Shown here: positions 10,914 through 20,709 of the stretch, piece after piece
Layout of the letters: every line of letters starts with the position of its first letter
Numbering within the stretch: the first letter of the stretch is position 1
Source: an uncultured delta proteobacterium
GTDB lineage: Bacteria; Desulfobacterota; RBG-13-43-22
Assembly (NCBI GenBank): GCA_963843145.1
Contig: CAWJJC010000017.1
Location: 64,001-128,000 of the forward strand
Direction: 5' to 3'
Length of the DNA: 64,000 nt
Made by a program: the position numbers and the translations under genes
The notes under the pieces: model-generated
What the model was told of the DNA's origin: nothing
The model's input: the letters and a program-made list of their open reading frames with translations, nothing else
Database searches by the model: none

Positions 10914-11846
10914 TTATGGCCGGCGCCCGATATAGGTCGCCGCTTCGTCCAGCAGCAACCCCTCCAGCAACCCGGCATCGCTTACCCGGAGCGAGTCGGC
11001 ATCAAAAACGTCCAAAATCGACAACACGACCACCAGGCCGGCTGTGATTATATCCGCCCGGTCCGGTTCCAGCCCGGGAAGTTCTTTGCGGGTGGTCAGG
11101 GGGATAGAGGTCAACGTAGATAATAACCGATCCAGGGTATCTTGATCAAGCACAGAACCATTGATCCGGGACGGCACGTACTCCGCCAACTTCTGGACCA
11201 TGGCGGCTAAAGTCGTCACCGTTCCGGCCGTTCCGATCAGGCAACTAACGGATTCAGTTATATTTATTCTTTTCCGCAGCGTCTGCAGACAATGCCCGCG
11301 AAGGCGGTCTAGCTCATGTTTCAGCGGAGGATCGGAAAAAAGAAATTGCTCGGTCAACCCTAAAGCGCCCAGAGGCAGGCTGAGAGTTTCCCTAATTTTT
11401 CCCGATTGCACCCAGGTGAATTCCACGGACCCGCCCCCGAGATCAAAAATACAGGAGGGCCCGGTGATATCCTGAAAAACCGACAGGACCCCCAGGGCGC
11501 TTAAACGAGCCTCTTCCTCACCAGAAAGTACCTGGATCGTTATTCCGGTAGTTTTTCGAACGGCCTCTAAGAATTGATGGGTATTCGAGGATTCCCGCAG
11601 GATTCCGGTGCCTACGGCCCGGAACCGGGCCACCCCCTCCTGGACGCCCGTCCTTTGGAACCGTTCCAGTACCTGGAGGGCCGACCCCAGGGCTTGACGG
11701 CCGATGACCCGTCCTGGAAAAAAATTTCGCCCCAACCGGACCATTTCGCGATCGCGGCAGACCGGGAGAACTCGATTTCCTTCGATTTGGGCGATTAACA
11801 ACCGTAAGGTGTTGGAACCAACGTCTATGGCACCGGCTTTTTTCAA
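10914..11846 (-). CDS. ppx: Ppx/GppA family exopolyphosphatase
   Basis: AIDVGSNTLRL, LSGEEEARL, DLGGGSVE, RADII.AG, GLLEG; TTG start. Confidence 0.9.
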   Translation of the reverse strand: MKKAGAIDVGSNTLRLLIAQIEGNRVLPVCRDREMVRLGRNFFPGRVIGRQALGSALQVLERFQRTGVQEGVARFRAVGTGILRESSNTHQFLEAVRKTTGITIQVLSGEEEARLSALGVLSVFQDITGPSCIFDLGGGSVEFTWVQSGKIRETLSLPLGALGLTEQFLFSDPPLKHELDRLRGHCLQTLRKRINITESVSCLIGTAGTVTTLAAMVQKLAEYVPSRINGSVLDQDTLDRLLSTLTSIPLTTRKELPGLEPDRADIITAGLVVVLSILDVFDADSLRVSDAGLLEGLLLDEAATYIGRRP

Positions 11847-12077
11847 AACGCCTGCGGGTTATGCTTTTAGAATTGAAAATTGATTCATATAGATAACAAA
11901 CAACCCGCCGTTTTTCAAGAATCATTTTTTTATTTAGATATTTTGATATGGAACGGTGAATTTATAGTCAATCATAAATCGCCAACAGGCTGCTTAGGAT
12001 CGGCTCTTCCCTCCTTTTCAATCCCGCCGTTTTGATGTACATTAATGACGACTGCAATCAGCCAGAGGAGGCTTGAA

Positions 12078-13790
12078 ATGAAACCAGCCGATGATTTAAA
12101 GCGGACACTCTTTCGAATTCACGAAAAAGGCTACAAGGCCTATCAGGATATTGAGGGGGAATACCTCTTCTCACAGTATCAATTGAACATTGACCGGGTC
12201 CAGGCCGATCCCTTTGCCCCGCCTTCCCGGTTCCGGATCCTCTATTCCCTGAAAAAGTGGAAGATCATGGCCGACTTCTGGGAAAACCCCGTCCGTCGGG
12301 TAGCCTTTTGCGATTATGTGGGACGGCAGGTGCAGCAGGCCATTCGCACCCGATTGAAAAGACAGGGGGGAGGCGGAAAGAGCGGACTGCTGCAGATCGA
12401 GGCCTGCGGGCCGGAAATTCTGGAGCGGACTTCGGTGGTGATCGAAGGGGAAACCCTGGAGCTTCGTCTGACCGTGGGCTTGCCAGCGGCGGGACGGACC
12501 ATCCAGGGCCTGGAGGCGGTGGCCATTTTTTTTGAGGAAATCCCCCTGCTCGTGCAGCATGGTATCCAGCAGATCCCGAACAAAATACTGGAAGTCAAAC
12601 GCTTCGTCGATGCCTATGAGGACCAGGAATGGCTGCGAGACCAGCTCCGAGGGAAACAACTGATCGCCTTTATCCCCGAGGGGGCGATCCTCCCCCGGGA
12701 AAGCGGGGTCAGCTCCAGGCCCTTGGCCATGGGTGCGGTACCCTTTTGGCCTCCTCAAGATCTAACCGTCACATTTCAACTCCCCCACAAGGGCCCTCTG
12801 GCCGGCCTGGGCCTCCCCGAAGGGGTGACCCTGATCGTGGGGGGCGGGTTTCATGGGAAATCGACCCTTCTGCGGGCACTGGAACTGGGCATTTACAGCC
12901 ACATCCCCGGGGACGGTCGGGAATATGTGGTGACCGATCCCCAGGCCGTAAAAATTCGGGCCGAGGACGGCCGGAACGTGGAAAAAGTGAATATCAGCCC
13001 CTTTATTCGAGCCCTTCCACTGTTGGAAGACACCACCCGTTTTCGCACGGAAAACGCCAGCGGCAGCACCTCCCAGGCCGCCAATATTATGGAGGCCTTG
13101 GAAATGGGTGCCCGGGTCCTGCTCCTGGATGAGGACACCTCGGCCACCAACTTTATGATCCGGGATCGGCGGATGCAGGAACTGATACCCAAGGCCCATG
13201 AACCCATTAGACCTTTTGTCGATAAAGTGCGCCCACTGTACCAGGATTATGGAGTCTCCACCGTTTTAGTCATGGGCGGCTCCGGGGATTACTTCGAAGC
13301 GGCCGACCAGGTGATTTGGATGAACAATTATCGGCCCACCCTGGTAACCGCAGAAGCCCGGGAAATCGCCCATAGATTTCCGGTCGAGCGGTTGCAGGAA
13401 GGCGGGAGCGGCTTTGGTGAAATTACCGCGCGCCAACCCCAGGCCGAGGCCTTCGATCCCAGCCTGGGGCGCCGGGAGGTGCGGATCGACGCCAAAGGGA
13501 TGCAAACCATCCTTTACGGCGACCAGGCCATCGACCTCTGCTGCCTGGAGCAATTGGTGGAACCCGGCCAGCTCAGGGCCATTGGACGATTAATCCACCT
13601 CTACGAGTCCAAGTTTATAGAGAAAAGCGACAATCTGAGGGAAGGCTTGGAGAAGGTCTTTCAAGAATTGGAGGCCAAGGGCCTGGACAGCTTAATGCCC
13701 TATAAAGTTGGGAACCTGGTCAGGCCTCGCCTCCTGGAAACCGCCGCTGCTGTCAATCGACTGAGGAGCCTGAAAATAAAATTCGGCTAA
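12078..13790 (+). CDS. ABC-class P-loop ATPase-domain protein (ABC_ATPase family)
   Basis: VQADPFAPPS, Walker A GGGFHGKST, KIRAEDGR, ASGSTSQAANI, LLLDEDTSATNFMIRD; GAGGAGG RBS before ATG 12078. Confidence 0.88.
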   Translation: MKPADDLKRTLFRIHEKGYKAYQDIEGEYLFSQYQLNIDRVQADPFAPPSRFRILYSLKKWKIMADFWENPVRRVAFCDYVGRQVQQAIRTRLKRQGGGGKSGLLQIEACGPEILERTSVVIEGETLELRLTVGLPAAGRTIQGLEAVAIFFEEIPLLVQHGIQQIPNKILEVKRFVDAYEDQEWLRDQLRGKQLIAFIPEGAILPRESGVSSRPLAMGAVPFWPPQDLTVTFQLPHKGPLAGLGLPEGVTLIVGGGFHGKSTLLRALELGIYSHIPGDGREYVVTDPQAVKIRAEDGRNVEKVNISPFIRALPLLEDTTRFRTENASGSTSQAANIMEALEMGARVLLLDEDTSATNFMIRDRRMQELIPKAHEPIRPFVDKVRPLYQDYGVSTVLVMGGSGDYFEAADQVIWMNNYRPTLVTAEAREIAHRFPVERLQEGGSGFGEITARQPQAEAFDPSLGRREVRIDAKGMQTILYGDQAIDLCCLEQLVEPGQLRAIGRLIHLYESKFIEKSDNLREGLEKVFQELEAKGLDSLMPYKVGNLVRPRLLETAAAVNRLRSLKIKFG

Positions 13791-13806
13791 GGACCGGCGT
13801 TCTAAA

Positions 13807-14207
13807 TCACTTAAGCCAAAGAATTTCCAAGAGCTTAGAAACGGAGTGGTATTCCGGATCGGCGGTGACTACTACGGCCTCCAGTCTGATGGCCGTTGCT
13901 ATGGCGAAGGCATCCGCATAGGAAACTGGATATTGCCCCTTAATTTTGGCCGCTTCCAGCACTGAAGCCTCGGAGGCTGGGATAAAAGAAAAGGGAAGTA
14001 GTCGGATATCCGTCAGAATTTTTTCCGCTTTCTTCAGCCCTGCCAGCCGGCAGGATCGGTAATACACCTCTCCCACGTTGATGATGTGGATCGATATCCA
14101 GCCTCCTTTTCTTCCGCCTCCCTTAGCGGACGGTCAACCATCTCCCAGCCCGGTTCTTCTTGAAGCCAACACAACAGGGGAAAGGCATCAAAAAGGTAGG
14201 CCTTCAT
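13807..14207 (-). CDS. vapC: VapC PIN-domain toxin (1-nt frameshift at A-run ~14107-14110)
   Basis: MKAYLFDAFPLLCWLQEEPG... joins INVGEVYY...SYADAFAIATA...VVTADPEY after adding one A; ATGA overlap with antitoxin. Confidence 0.85.
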
Positions 14208-14434
14208 CCCTTTTGCACCTCTTCCCGGTGTTCAGCGATAAGGGCCTCCCCCATGGAGGGCTTTCCCTTCAACAAGCCTTGAAGAGATTTCCGGACATCG
14301 GGTGCCGCTCGGATAACCGCCCGGTCTTTTTCAACTTCTAGGAGTACGAATTTATTGGGTCGAATGCCTAACTGCTCACGAACGGCCTTAGGGATAACCA
14401 ATTGACCTTTGCTGGATAGTTTTACCAGTTCCAT
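14204..14434 (-). CDS. AbrB/MazE/SpoVT family antitoxin
   Basis: VKLSSKGQLVIPKAVREQLGI motif, directly upstream of the PIN gene. Confidence 0.9.
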   Translation of the reverse strand: MELVKLSSKGQLVIPKAVREQLGIRPNKFVLLEVEKDRAVIRAAPDVRKSLQGLLKGKPSMGEALIAEHREEVQKG

Positions 14435-14524
14435 ATATCCTACCTTATGGTTAAGTTGGACATAATAATATTCTGATCTAGAAGAAAGTAAAAATCAATC
14501 TCTTTTTCTACTGGCTGCTCTTTT

Positions 14525-15700
14525 CTATTCTACCTTTACAATCAATCCCTTCAAATAATAACTTTCCGGGAAGGACAGCAAAATCGGATGATCCGGAGAC
14601 TGGAGGGCTTTCTCCAGCAGAAACACTTTTCGTCCGGCTTTTCTGGCAGCTTCCCGAATCATGTCCAAAAACAACGTCTCCGAGAAATTGTGGGAACAGG
14701 AATAGGTGGCTAAGATGCCGCCGGGGGTCAGGCACCCCAGGGCGCGGCGGTTCAATTCCAGATAACCCCGCGACCCGCCGGCTACCTCCGATTTTTTCCG
14801 GGCAAAGGGGGGCGGGTCGAGAATAATCAGGTCAAATCGGTCGGGTTGTTTTTCCGCCGCCTTCAAAAAATCAAAAATATTGCCTTTTATGAAACGAATC
14901 CGATCGATGCCGTTCAACCGGGCATTTTCCCTTCCCTCTTCGACGGCCCGGGCCGAGTCGTCCACGGCGATAACCTCGCCGGCCTCCCGGGCCTGGTGGA
15001 GGGCGAAGACCCCGGTATAGGAGAAACAATCCAGGACCCTTCCGCCCGGGAGGGTATGGTCGACCGACCGTTTTCTATTTTCCTGCTGGTCCAGATAGGC
15101 CCCGGTCTTCTGCCCGCCAAGCAAATCAACCCGGTAGCGGATCTCCCCTTCCCGGATAATGACCCGCTCCGGGATTTCACCGGTCAGCACCTTGACCTCC
15201 CGGGGCAATTGCTCGATGGTCCGGGTCTCCAGGTCGTTGCGCAGGAGAATGGATCGGGGGTGAAGAAGATCCTGAAAAAGGCCGGTCAGCAGTGGCAGGA
15301 GACGTTCGGTCCCGGGGATCAGGGTTTGCAGAACCAAATAGCCGGCATACCAGTCGGCGATCAACCCAGGAAAGCCGTCGGCCTCGGCAAAAACCAGACG
15401 ACAGGCCTGATCAGCCTGGTCCAGACAGTTTCTTCGAGCGGCCAGGGCTTTCTCGATAATCAGCCGCCACCTGTCATCATCTATCGGTGTTTCCCGGGAA
15501 GAAATTCTTCGGAGGGCAATCCGGGAATGGGCGCTGAAGAACCCCCAACCCAGAAACTCGCCCTGGAGGGTAAAAAATGGGGTGACGGCCCCGTTTTCAG
15601 GTTCCTCCAATCGGGCGATATCGTCCCGGAACACCCAGGGGTGCCCGCTGCGGACCCATCGTTCGCCCTTAGTCGTTAAAAATGCCTTCTGACTCTTCAT
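14525..15700 (-). CDS. rlmI: RlmI-like 23S rRNA m5C SAM methyltransferase
   Basis: GHPWVF PUA domain, EADGFPGL, GQKTGAYLDQQENR, VLDCFSYTG, DLIILDPPPF, DHP...YLKG. Confidence 0.85.
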   Translation of the reverse strand: MKSQKAFLTTKGERWVRSGHPWVFRDDIARLEEPENGAVTPFFTLQGEFLGWGFFSAHSRIALRRISSRETPIDDDRWRLIIEKALAARRNCLDQADQACRLVFAEADGFPGLIADWYAGYLVLQTLIPGTERLLPLLTGLFQDLLHPRSILLRNDLETRTIEQLPREVKVLTGEIPERVIIREGEIRYRVDLLGGQKTGAYLDQQENRKRSVDHTLPGGRVLDCFSYTGVFALHQAREAGEVIAVDDSARAVEEGRENARLNGIDRIRFIKGNIFDFLKAAEKQPDRFDLIILDPPPFARKKSEVAGGSRGYLELNRRALGCLTPGGILATYSCSHNFSETLFLDMIREAARKAGRKVFLLEKALQSPDHPILLSFPESYYLKGLIVKVE

Positions 15701-15723
15701 GCCCCTTCCTTTCCTCGATGGAG

Positions 15724-15870
15724 GTTGCCAAAATAGAAACTAACCGGTTAATAATTAACAATTAATTATTGATTATTAATAATTTGTCTTCAAAAGGGTA
15801 GGATTGAACCTACCATTTTGAAAGTCCTCGCCAGGTCAATTATGTTCATGCTTCGCGGTTGCCCCCTCCC
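15724..15870. repeat. AT-rich 7-nt-periodic intergenic element, copy 1
   Basis: TAATAAT-TAACAAT-TAATTAT-TGATTAT-TAATAAT at 15749-15783; homologous to 19636-19762 (reverse) and 43801-43870. Confidence 0.65.
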
Positions 15871-15964
15871 GGTCTTTCAAAAGGTCGAGGTTTATCAGCT
15901 CAACGCTTCCCTCTTCCATCTTCCTTCTCCTTCAGGCACCGCCCACCCCCACTATAAAATAATC

Positions 15965-15994
15965 TTGACAGGATACGCCAGGAATTTGTATTAT
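15965..15994 (+). promoter_or_regulatory. sigma70 promoter of tRNA operon
   Basis: TTGACA (15965-70), 18-nt spacer, TATTAT (15989-94), 12 nt before tRNA-Val. Confidence 0.7.
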
Positions 15995-16006
15995 GTTTGC
16001 TTTACC

Positions 16007-16081
16007 GGGCGGGTAGCTCAGCGGGAGAGCATCGGCCTTACAAGCCGAGGGTCACAGGTTCAAATCCTGTTCCGCCTACCA
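16007..16081 (+). tRNA. tRNA-Val (TAC)
   Basis: Cloverleaf GGGCGGG/TCCGCCT, anticodon arm TCGGC-CTTACAA-GCCGA, TTCAAAT T-loop, encoded CCA. Confidence 0.96.
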
Positions 16082-16092
16082 ACATGAGTTGC

Positions 16093-16169
<77 letters not shown>

Positions 16170-16177
16170 GAATATCC

Positions 16178-16212
16178 AAGGGCTTAGAAGCAATTCTAAG
16201 CCCTTTTTTTTC
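16178..16212 (+). terminator. intrinsic terminator after tRNAs
   Basis: AAGGGCTTAGAA-GCAA-TTCTAAGCCCTT followed by a T run. Confidence 0.9.
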
Positions 16213-16455
16213 AGCAGTTTTAACGCGAGTCTCAATTCTTATTTGGTTAAGGATGGGAGGATATCGCTATAACGTTGCATTTAATTTCGGAAAAAGTTGC
16301 ACGTAATTTTGGATTTCCAACTTCTTTTCTATGATAAAATCCTTGAACAGAATTTCGGGATTTCCTCTATTTTCTTCTTGATCCCTTTTTTTCTTATTTT
16401 ATACTCTACCGTTTGAGATTGTCATACGTCCGAACAAAGAAAAAGCGGAAAGCGA

Positions 16456-17670
16456 ATGAACTTCAATACAGAAATTCGAATCGCCTTGCGAGCCTTGGTG
16501 CGCTACAAGCTGCGCAGCGGGCTGGCCATGCTGAGCATCATTTTCGGCGTGGGGGCCTTTATCTGCAGTGTGGCGATCGGGCAAGGCGCGTCGTACCAAA
16601 TCGAGGAACAAATTTACAACCTGGGGGAGAACATGATCTGGATCGAAGCCGGGGGCCGCAACGTTAAAGGGGTGCGGACGGGCACGCACGGCACCAAGAG
16701 CCTCACCCTGCAGGACGCGCGCGCGATTCAGGAGCAAATCTCCCTTGTCGATAATGTATCGCCGCATGTCAACACGAGAGTTCAAGTCGTAAACCGAAAC
16801 CAGAATTGGGCCACCATGGTGCGCGGAGTGTCCCCAGGATATCTGGACATTCGGCGCTGGGACCTGGAAAGCGGGAGATCCTTCTTACAAGACGACGTGG
16901 CTTTTGCCGCGAAGGTCTGTGTTCTCGGCCAGACAGTTGTGGCCAACCTGTTTGATCGAGAGTATCCGGTCGGTCAGACTATCAGCGTGCAGAAGATCCC
17001 ATGCCGGGTCATTGGCGTGCTGAAGCGCAAAGGGCAATCGGCGATTGGTCGGGACCAAGATGACGTACTTCTCATGCCCTACACCACAGTGCAGAAGAAA
17101 ATCAAAGGGATCTCTTGGCTCGACGACATCATGTGTTCGGCGGTCTCGTCAGGGGCCATCGAGACGGCCGAGGCGGAGATCACGACTCTGCTGCGGCAGC
17201 GGCATCACATTTTAGTGGGTCAAGCGGACGATTTCAACCTGCGGCACCCCGCCGATGTCGCAAAAGCCAATGCCGAGGCCCAGCATACTATGACGCTGCT
17301 CCTAGCCAGCATCTCTGCGGTCGCCCTGTTGGTGGCCGGGGTAGGAATCATGAACATCATGCTGATGTCCGTTACAGAGCGCACAAGGGAGATCGGCATT
17401 CGAATGGCTGTGGGTGCCCGGGCCCGGGACATCCTCTGGCAGTTTCTGGCCGAAGCCCTGGTCCTGAACCTGATCGGGGGATTATTCGGCATCGCCCTGG
17501 GCGTTGAGGCTTCTCACTTCATCTCCCAGATCTTCAAGTGGCCAACCCTCATCTCCCCGCAAGCGATATTCCTCTCCTTTTCCTTCGCTGGCCTGGTAGG
17601 CATCTTCTTCGGCTTCTACCCGGCGCGAAAGGCCTCGCGACTCGACCCCATCGAGGCCCTCCGCAGGTAG
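16456..17670 (+). CDS. MacB/FtsX family ABC transporter permease
   Basis: KLRSGLAMLSIIFGV, GVGIMNIMLMSVTERTREIGIRMAVGA, GFYPARKASRLDPIEALR. Confidence 0.93.
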   Translation: MNFNTEIRIALRALVRYKLRSGLAMLSIIFGVGAFICSVAIGQGASYQIEEQIYNLGENMIWIEAGGRNVKGVRTGTHGTKSLTLQDARAIQEQISLVDNVSPHVNTRVQVVNRNQNWATMVRGVSPGYLDIRRWDLESGRSFLQDDVAFAAKVCVLGQTVVANLFDREYPVGQTISVQKIPCRVIGVLKRKGQSAIGRDQDDVLLMPYTTVQKKIKGISWLDDIMCSAVSSGAIETAEAEITTLLRQRHHILVGQADDFNLRHPADVAKANAEAQHTMTLLLASISAVALLVAGVGIMNIMLMSVTERTREIGIRMAVGARARDILWQFLAEALVLNLIGGLFGIALGVEASHFISQIFKWPTLISPQAIFLSFSFAGLVGIFFGFYPARKASRLDPIEALRR

Positions 17671-17862
17671 AGTCCGAAGACCTGTCCTGAGATTCCGATT
17701 GGTCCCAATTCATTTTCATTAATTTCTTCAAAACTCTCAATACGTCCCATTGATCTTTTTTCGACAAAAGGAAATCATCCTTCAAGTTCACCATTTCCTT
17801 GATCTTTTCAAAAAAAAAGAAGAAAATCACGATAAACCAAAATCCAATGAAGGAGTGAAACC

Positions 17863-18426
17863 ATGGCTACAAAGAAAATGGATTACTTTACGGCCTTGTA
17901 CGACGTGGCGAAAGTGATCAACGCCTCCCTCGAACTCCCCGAGGTGCTGGACAAAGTCGTTCGCCAGGTTACCGAATCTATGAACGTGAAAGCCAGCTCC
18001 CTGCGCCTACTGGAACCCAAGCGTAAACGGTTGATCATGGCCGCCGCCTACGGACTGACCACCGGTTACGTGCGCAAAGGACCGGTACTGGTGGAAAAAA
18101 GCGGACTGGACCGCAAGGCCCTCAAAGGGGAAACCATTTGGATTGCGGATGCCCAATCAGATAAAAATTTTCAGTACGGGCAGCGGGCCAAGGAGGAAGG
18201 GATTAAATCCGTTTTGGTGGTTCCCCTGGGGGTCGGGAAAAAAGTGATCGGCGTCCTGAGGGTCTACACGGAAAAACCCAGGGAATTCAGCGGCCAGGAA
18301 ATTCAGTTTTTGGATGCCGTGGCCAACCTCAGCGCGCTGGCCATTGAAAACGCCCGTTTGCACCAGCATCTGAAAACGGAATGCGCCCTGCTAAGCGAAT
18401 ACAAGTTTCGGCTGGATGATAATTGA
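17863..18426 (+). CDS. stand-alone GAF domain protein
   Basis: ASSLRLL, EGIKSVLVVPL...VIGVLRVYT...FS.QEIQFL.AVANLSALAIENARL; AAGGAG RBS. Confidence 0.88.
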   Translation: MATKKMDYFTALYDVAKVINASLELPEVLDKVVRQVTESMNVKASSLRLLEPKRKRLIMAAAYGLTTGYVRKGPVLVEKSGLDRKALKGETIWIADAQSDKNFQYGQRAKEEGIKSVLVVPLGVGKKVIGVLRVYTEKPREFSGQEIQFLDAVANLSALAIENARLHQHLKTECALLSEYKFRLDDN

Positions 18427-18579
18427 TGGACTCCCCAAAAGTCCATCATCAGCCCGAGGGCGATTAAGCCCCGGGCTGAGGTAGGGGTGGAACCATTTGA
18501 ATTCACTTCAAATGGCGGGGGAGGGGAATCCCTCTCCCGCCGAGCAGAAAGTCGTCTTTTGACTTTTTGCGAGGTTATC
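18425..18579. mobile_element. MITE-like element with 6-bp target-site duplication
   Basis: Ends GATGGACTCCCCAAAAGTC / GACTTTTTGCGAGGTTATC; ATAATT directly on both sides. Confidence 0.75.
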
Positions 18580-18607
18580 ATAATTTGGTAACTAAAAGGA
18601 GGCTCGT

Positions 18608-19618
18608 ATGATTCGCATCGGGATTAACGGCTTCGGCCGGATCGGACGCCAGGTATTGAAAGCCGTCATGGAACGGCATCCCCAAACCCTCCAGGTGGTG
18701 GCTATTAACGATCTGTTTGACACGGAGACCAACGCCCATCTCTTTAAATATGACACCAATTACGGCCGCTTCGATGGGAAAGTGGTTGTCGAAAAAGATC
18801 GCTTTCTGATCAACGGGCAGCCGGTGATCAGTTACGCCTGCAAGGACCCCTCCACCATTCCCTGGGACGATATCGGCGTGGAACTGGTGGTCGAGAGTAC
18901 CGGCCTGTTTACCACCGGTCCCAAGGCCCAGGCCCACCTGGAGGCCGGGGCCAAAAAGGTGATCATTTCCGCCCCGGCCAAGGAAGTCGATCTGACCGTG
19001 GTGATGGGGGTAAACCAGGATCAATACCAGCCTAAAACCCATCAGATCGTTTCCAACGCCTCCTGCACCACCAATTGTCTGGCCCCGCCCACCCTGGTCC
19101 TCCATCAGGCCTTCGGGATTGAACGGGGCATGATGGTTACCGTCCACTCTTATACCAACGACCAGCGTATCCTAGACCTCCCACACAAGGACCTGCGCCG
19201 AGCCCGGGCCGCGGGCCAAAATATCATCCCCACCACCACCGGGGCCGCCCGGGCCTTGGCCCTGGTCATACCCGAGCTGGCCGGCCGGTTTGACGGCTAT
19301 TCCCTCCGGGTTCCCACGCCGACGGTTTCGGTGGTGGATTTGACCATCCAGTTGCAGAAAGCCACCACTACCGAGGAATTACGGGAGGTCTTGAAGAAAG
19401 CCGCCGGGGGTCGTCTGAAGGGCATCATGGCCTGCGAAGAAGAGCGGCTGGTTTCCATGGATTTCAAAGGGAATGACCATTCTTCCATTGTCGATCTGGA
19501 GTTTACCCAGGTGCTTCTGGAGACTATGGCCAAAGTGGTCACCTGGTATGACAACGAGTGGGGCTATTCCTGCCGGGTAGCGGACCTGGCCGATTTTATG
19601 GCCAAACAGGGATTCTAA
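18608..19618 (+). CDS. gap: type I glyceraldehyde-3-phosphate dehydrogenase
   Basis: [49 protein letters not shown]. Confidence 0.98.
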   Translation: MIRIGINGFGRIGRQVLKAVMERHPQTLQVVAINDLFDTETNAHLFKYDTNYGRFDGKVVVEKDRFLINGQPVISYACKDPSTIPWDDIGVELVVESTGLFTTGPKAQAHLEAGAKKVIISAPAKEVDLTVVMGVNQDQYQPKTHQIVSNASCTTNCLAPPTLVLHQAFGIERGMMVTVHSYTNDQRILDLPHKDLRRARAAGQNIIPTTTGAARALALVIPELAGRFDGYSLRVPTPTVSVVDLTIQLQKATTTEELREVLKKAAGGRLKGIMACEEERLVSMDFKGNDHSSIVDLEFTQVLLETMAKVVTWYDNEWGYSCRVADLADFMAKQGF

Positions 19619-19635
19619 CGGGGGAGAATTGACGG

Positions 19636-19762
19636 CGGGCACATCGAAGCATGAAAATAAGGGGCCAACATAAGCCTAACTTGTTGACATTAATAATTAA
19701 TAATCAATTGTTCATTATTAACTGTTAATAAAGGCTTTGTGGTGCCAAGTTCTATTTTCGTA
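19636..19762. repeat. AT-rich 7-nt-periodic intergenic element, copy 2 (reverse orientation)
   Basis: Reverse complement: aatagaacttggcaccacaaagcctttattaacagttaataatgaacaattgattattaattattaatgtc...ttttcatgcttcg. Confidence 0.65.
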
Positions 19763-20575
19763 CTAATGCCAAGTTCCCGAAAGTGTCTTGTCTATCGGCC
19801 CGGATAAAAGGTTGGAACGCAGCAACTGAAAAAGTTCGGCCAGCAAGGCGGGAAAGGGGTGCGCCTCTTTTTCCAAGGGAACCAGGGCCATCTCTTCCAG
19901 CAGGGCCTGGTCTTCCCGCAGGAGTTGGGCGTGCCGACTCCACCATTGGATCTTCAATTCCCGGGCAGCGGATAAATCCTGTTCGTCCAGACAGGTGATG
20001 GCCAGAAAGTGCGGAAGAAAAGCGGACAAGCAGGCCGCCCGAATCCAGGGATGGGGGATAGCCAGTTGATAAGGCTCCATTTCTTCCGCCAGGACTTTAA
20101 GGCGGTACGAAAAAAGGGAAACCTGCCCCTCCCCCAGACCGATGGTAGCTATCCAGCGGATGGTAAAAAAGGCTTCCAAGCCGTTCTTCAGCCTTTCAAC
20201 AATCTGGCGGACCAGATTGACCGCCGATCCGGTAACCGGGAAAAGGGGCAGGATTTGCCGGCTAAAATTGAAGGGGGAAAAGGCTCTTTGTTTATGAAGC
20301 CGATAATGGCCCAGCACATGATGCAACCAGCCTTTAATGGCCCGCTCGGGTGCCGGCCGGAGGAGTTCCCGGCAGAGATGCAGGACTAATTCATCCCCCT
20401 TTTCTTCCAGGACAATCGGGTCGTCCGAGTTGACCGGCCGGAACTCCCTAAAACCGGTTATAGTGGGATAAAAGGTCAGGGCCACGGTCCCTGGAAATGG
20501 AGACTCCGATTTCAGTCGGTATTCATCGATCCCTTCCCGAATGGTCGATTCCAAATTGAAGGCGGCGGGTCCCAA
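19763..20575 (-). CDS. hypothetical protein (~270 aa; start uncertain)
   Basis: Long ORF downstream of glnS; contains WLHHVLGH (degenerate HExxH-like). Confidence 0.65.
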   Translation of the reverse strand: MGPAAFNLESTIREGIDEYRLKSESPFPGTVALTFYPTITGFREFRPVNSDDPIVLEEKGDELVLHLCRELLRPAPERAIKGWLHHVLGHYRLHKQRAFSPFNFSRQILPLFPVTGSAVNLVRQIVERLKNGLEAFFTIRWIATIGLGEGQVSLFSYRLKVLAEEMEPYQLAIPHPWIRAACLSAFLPHFLAITCLDEQDLSAARELKIQWWSRHAQLLREDQALLEEMALVPLEKEAHPFPALLAELFQLLRSNLLSGPIDKTLSGTWH

Positions 20576-20600
20576 AATTATATTCCGGCTTCCTTCCTTT

Positions 20601-20709
20601 GTTGCCCTTACAAAAAGTCCAAAAACGACTTTTTACTCGGTGCGAGAGGGATTTCCCACTCTCATCCCAGCCCGGCGCTTAGGCGCGACGGACTTTTTGC
20701 GAGTCCGTC
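20601..20709. mobile_element. MITE-like element overlapping the glnS 3' end
   Basis: Reverse complement aligns with the 18425 copy (gacggactcgcaaaaagtcc...taagcgccgggctg...aatccctctc...aaagtcgtttttggactttttg). Confidence 0.7.
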
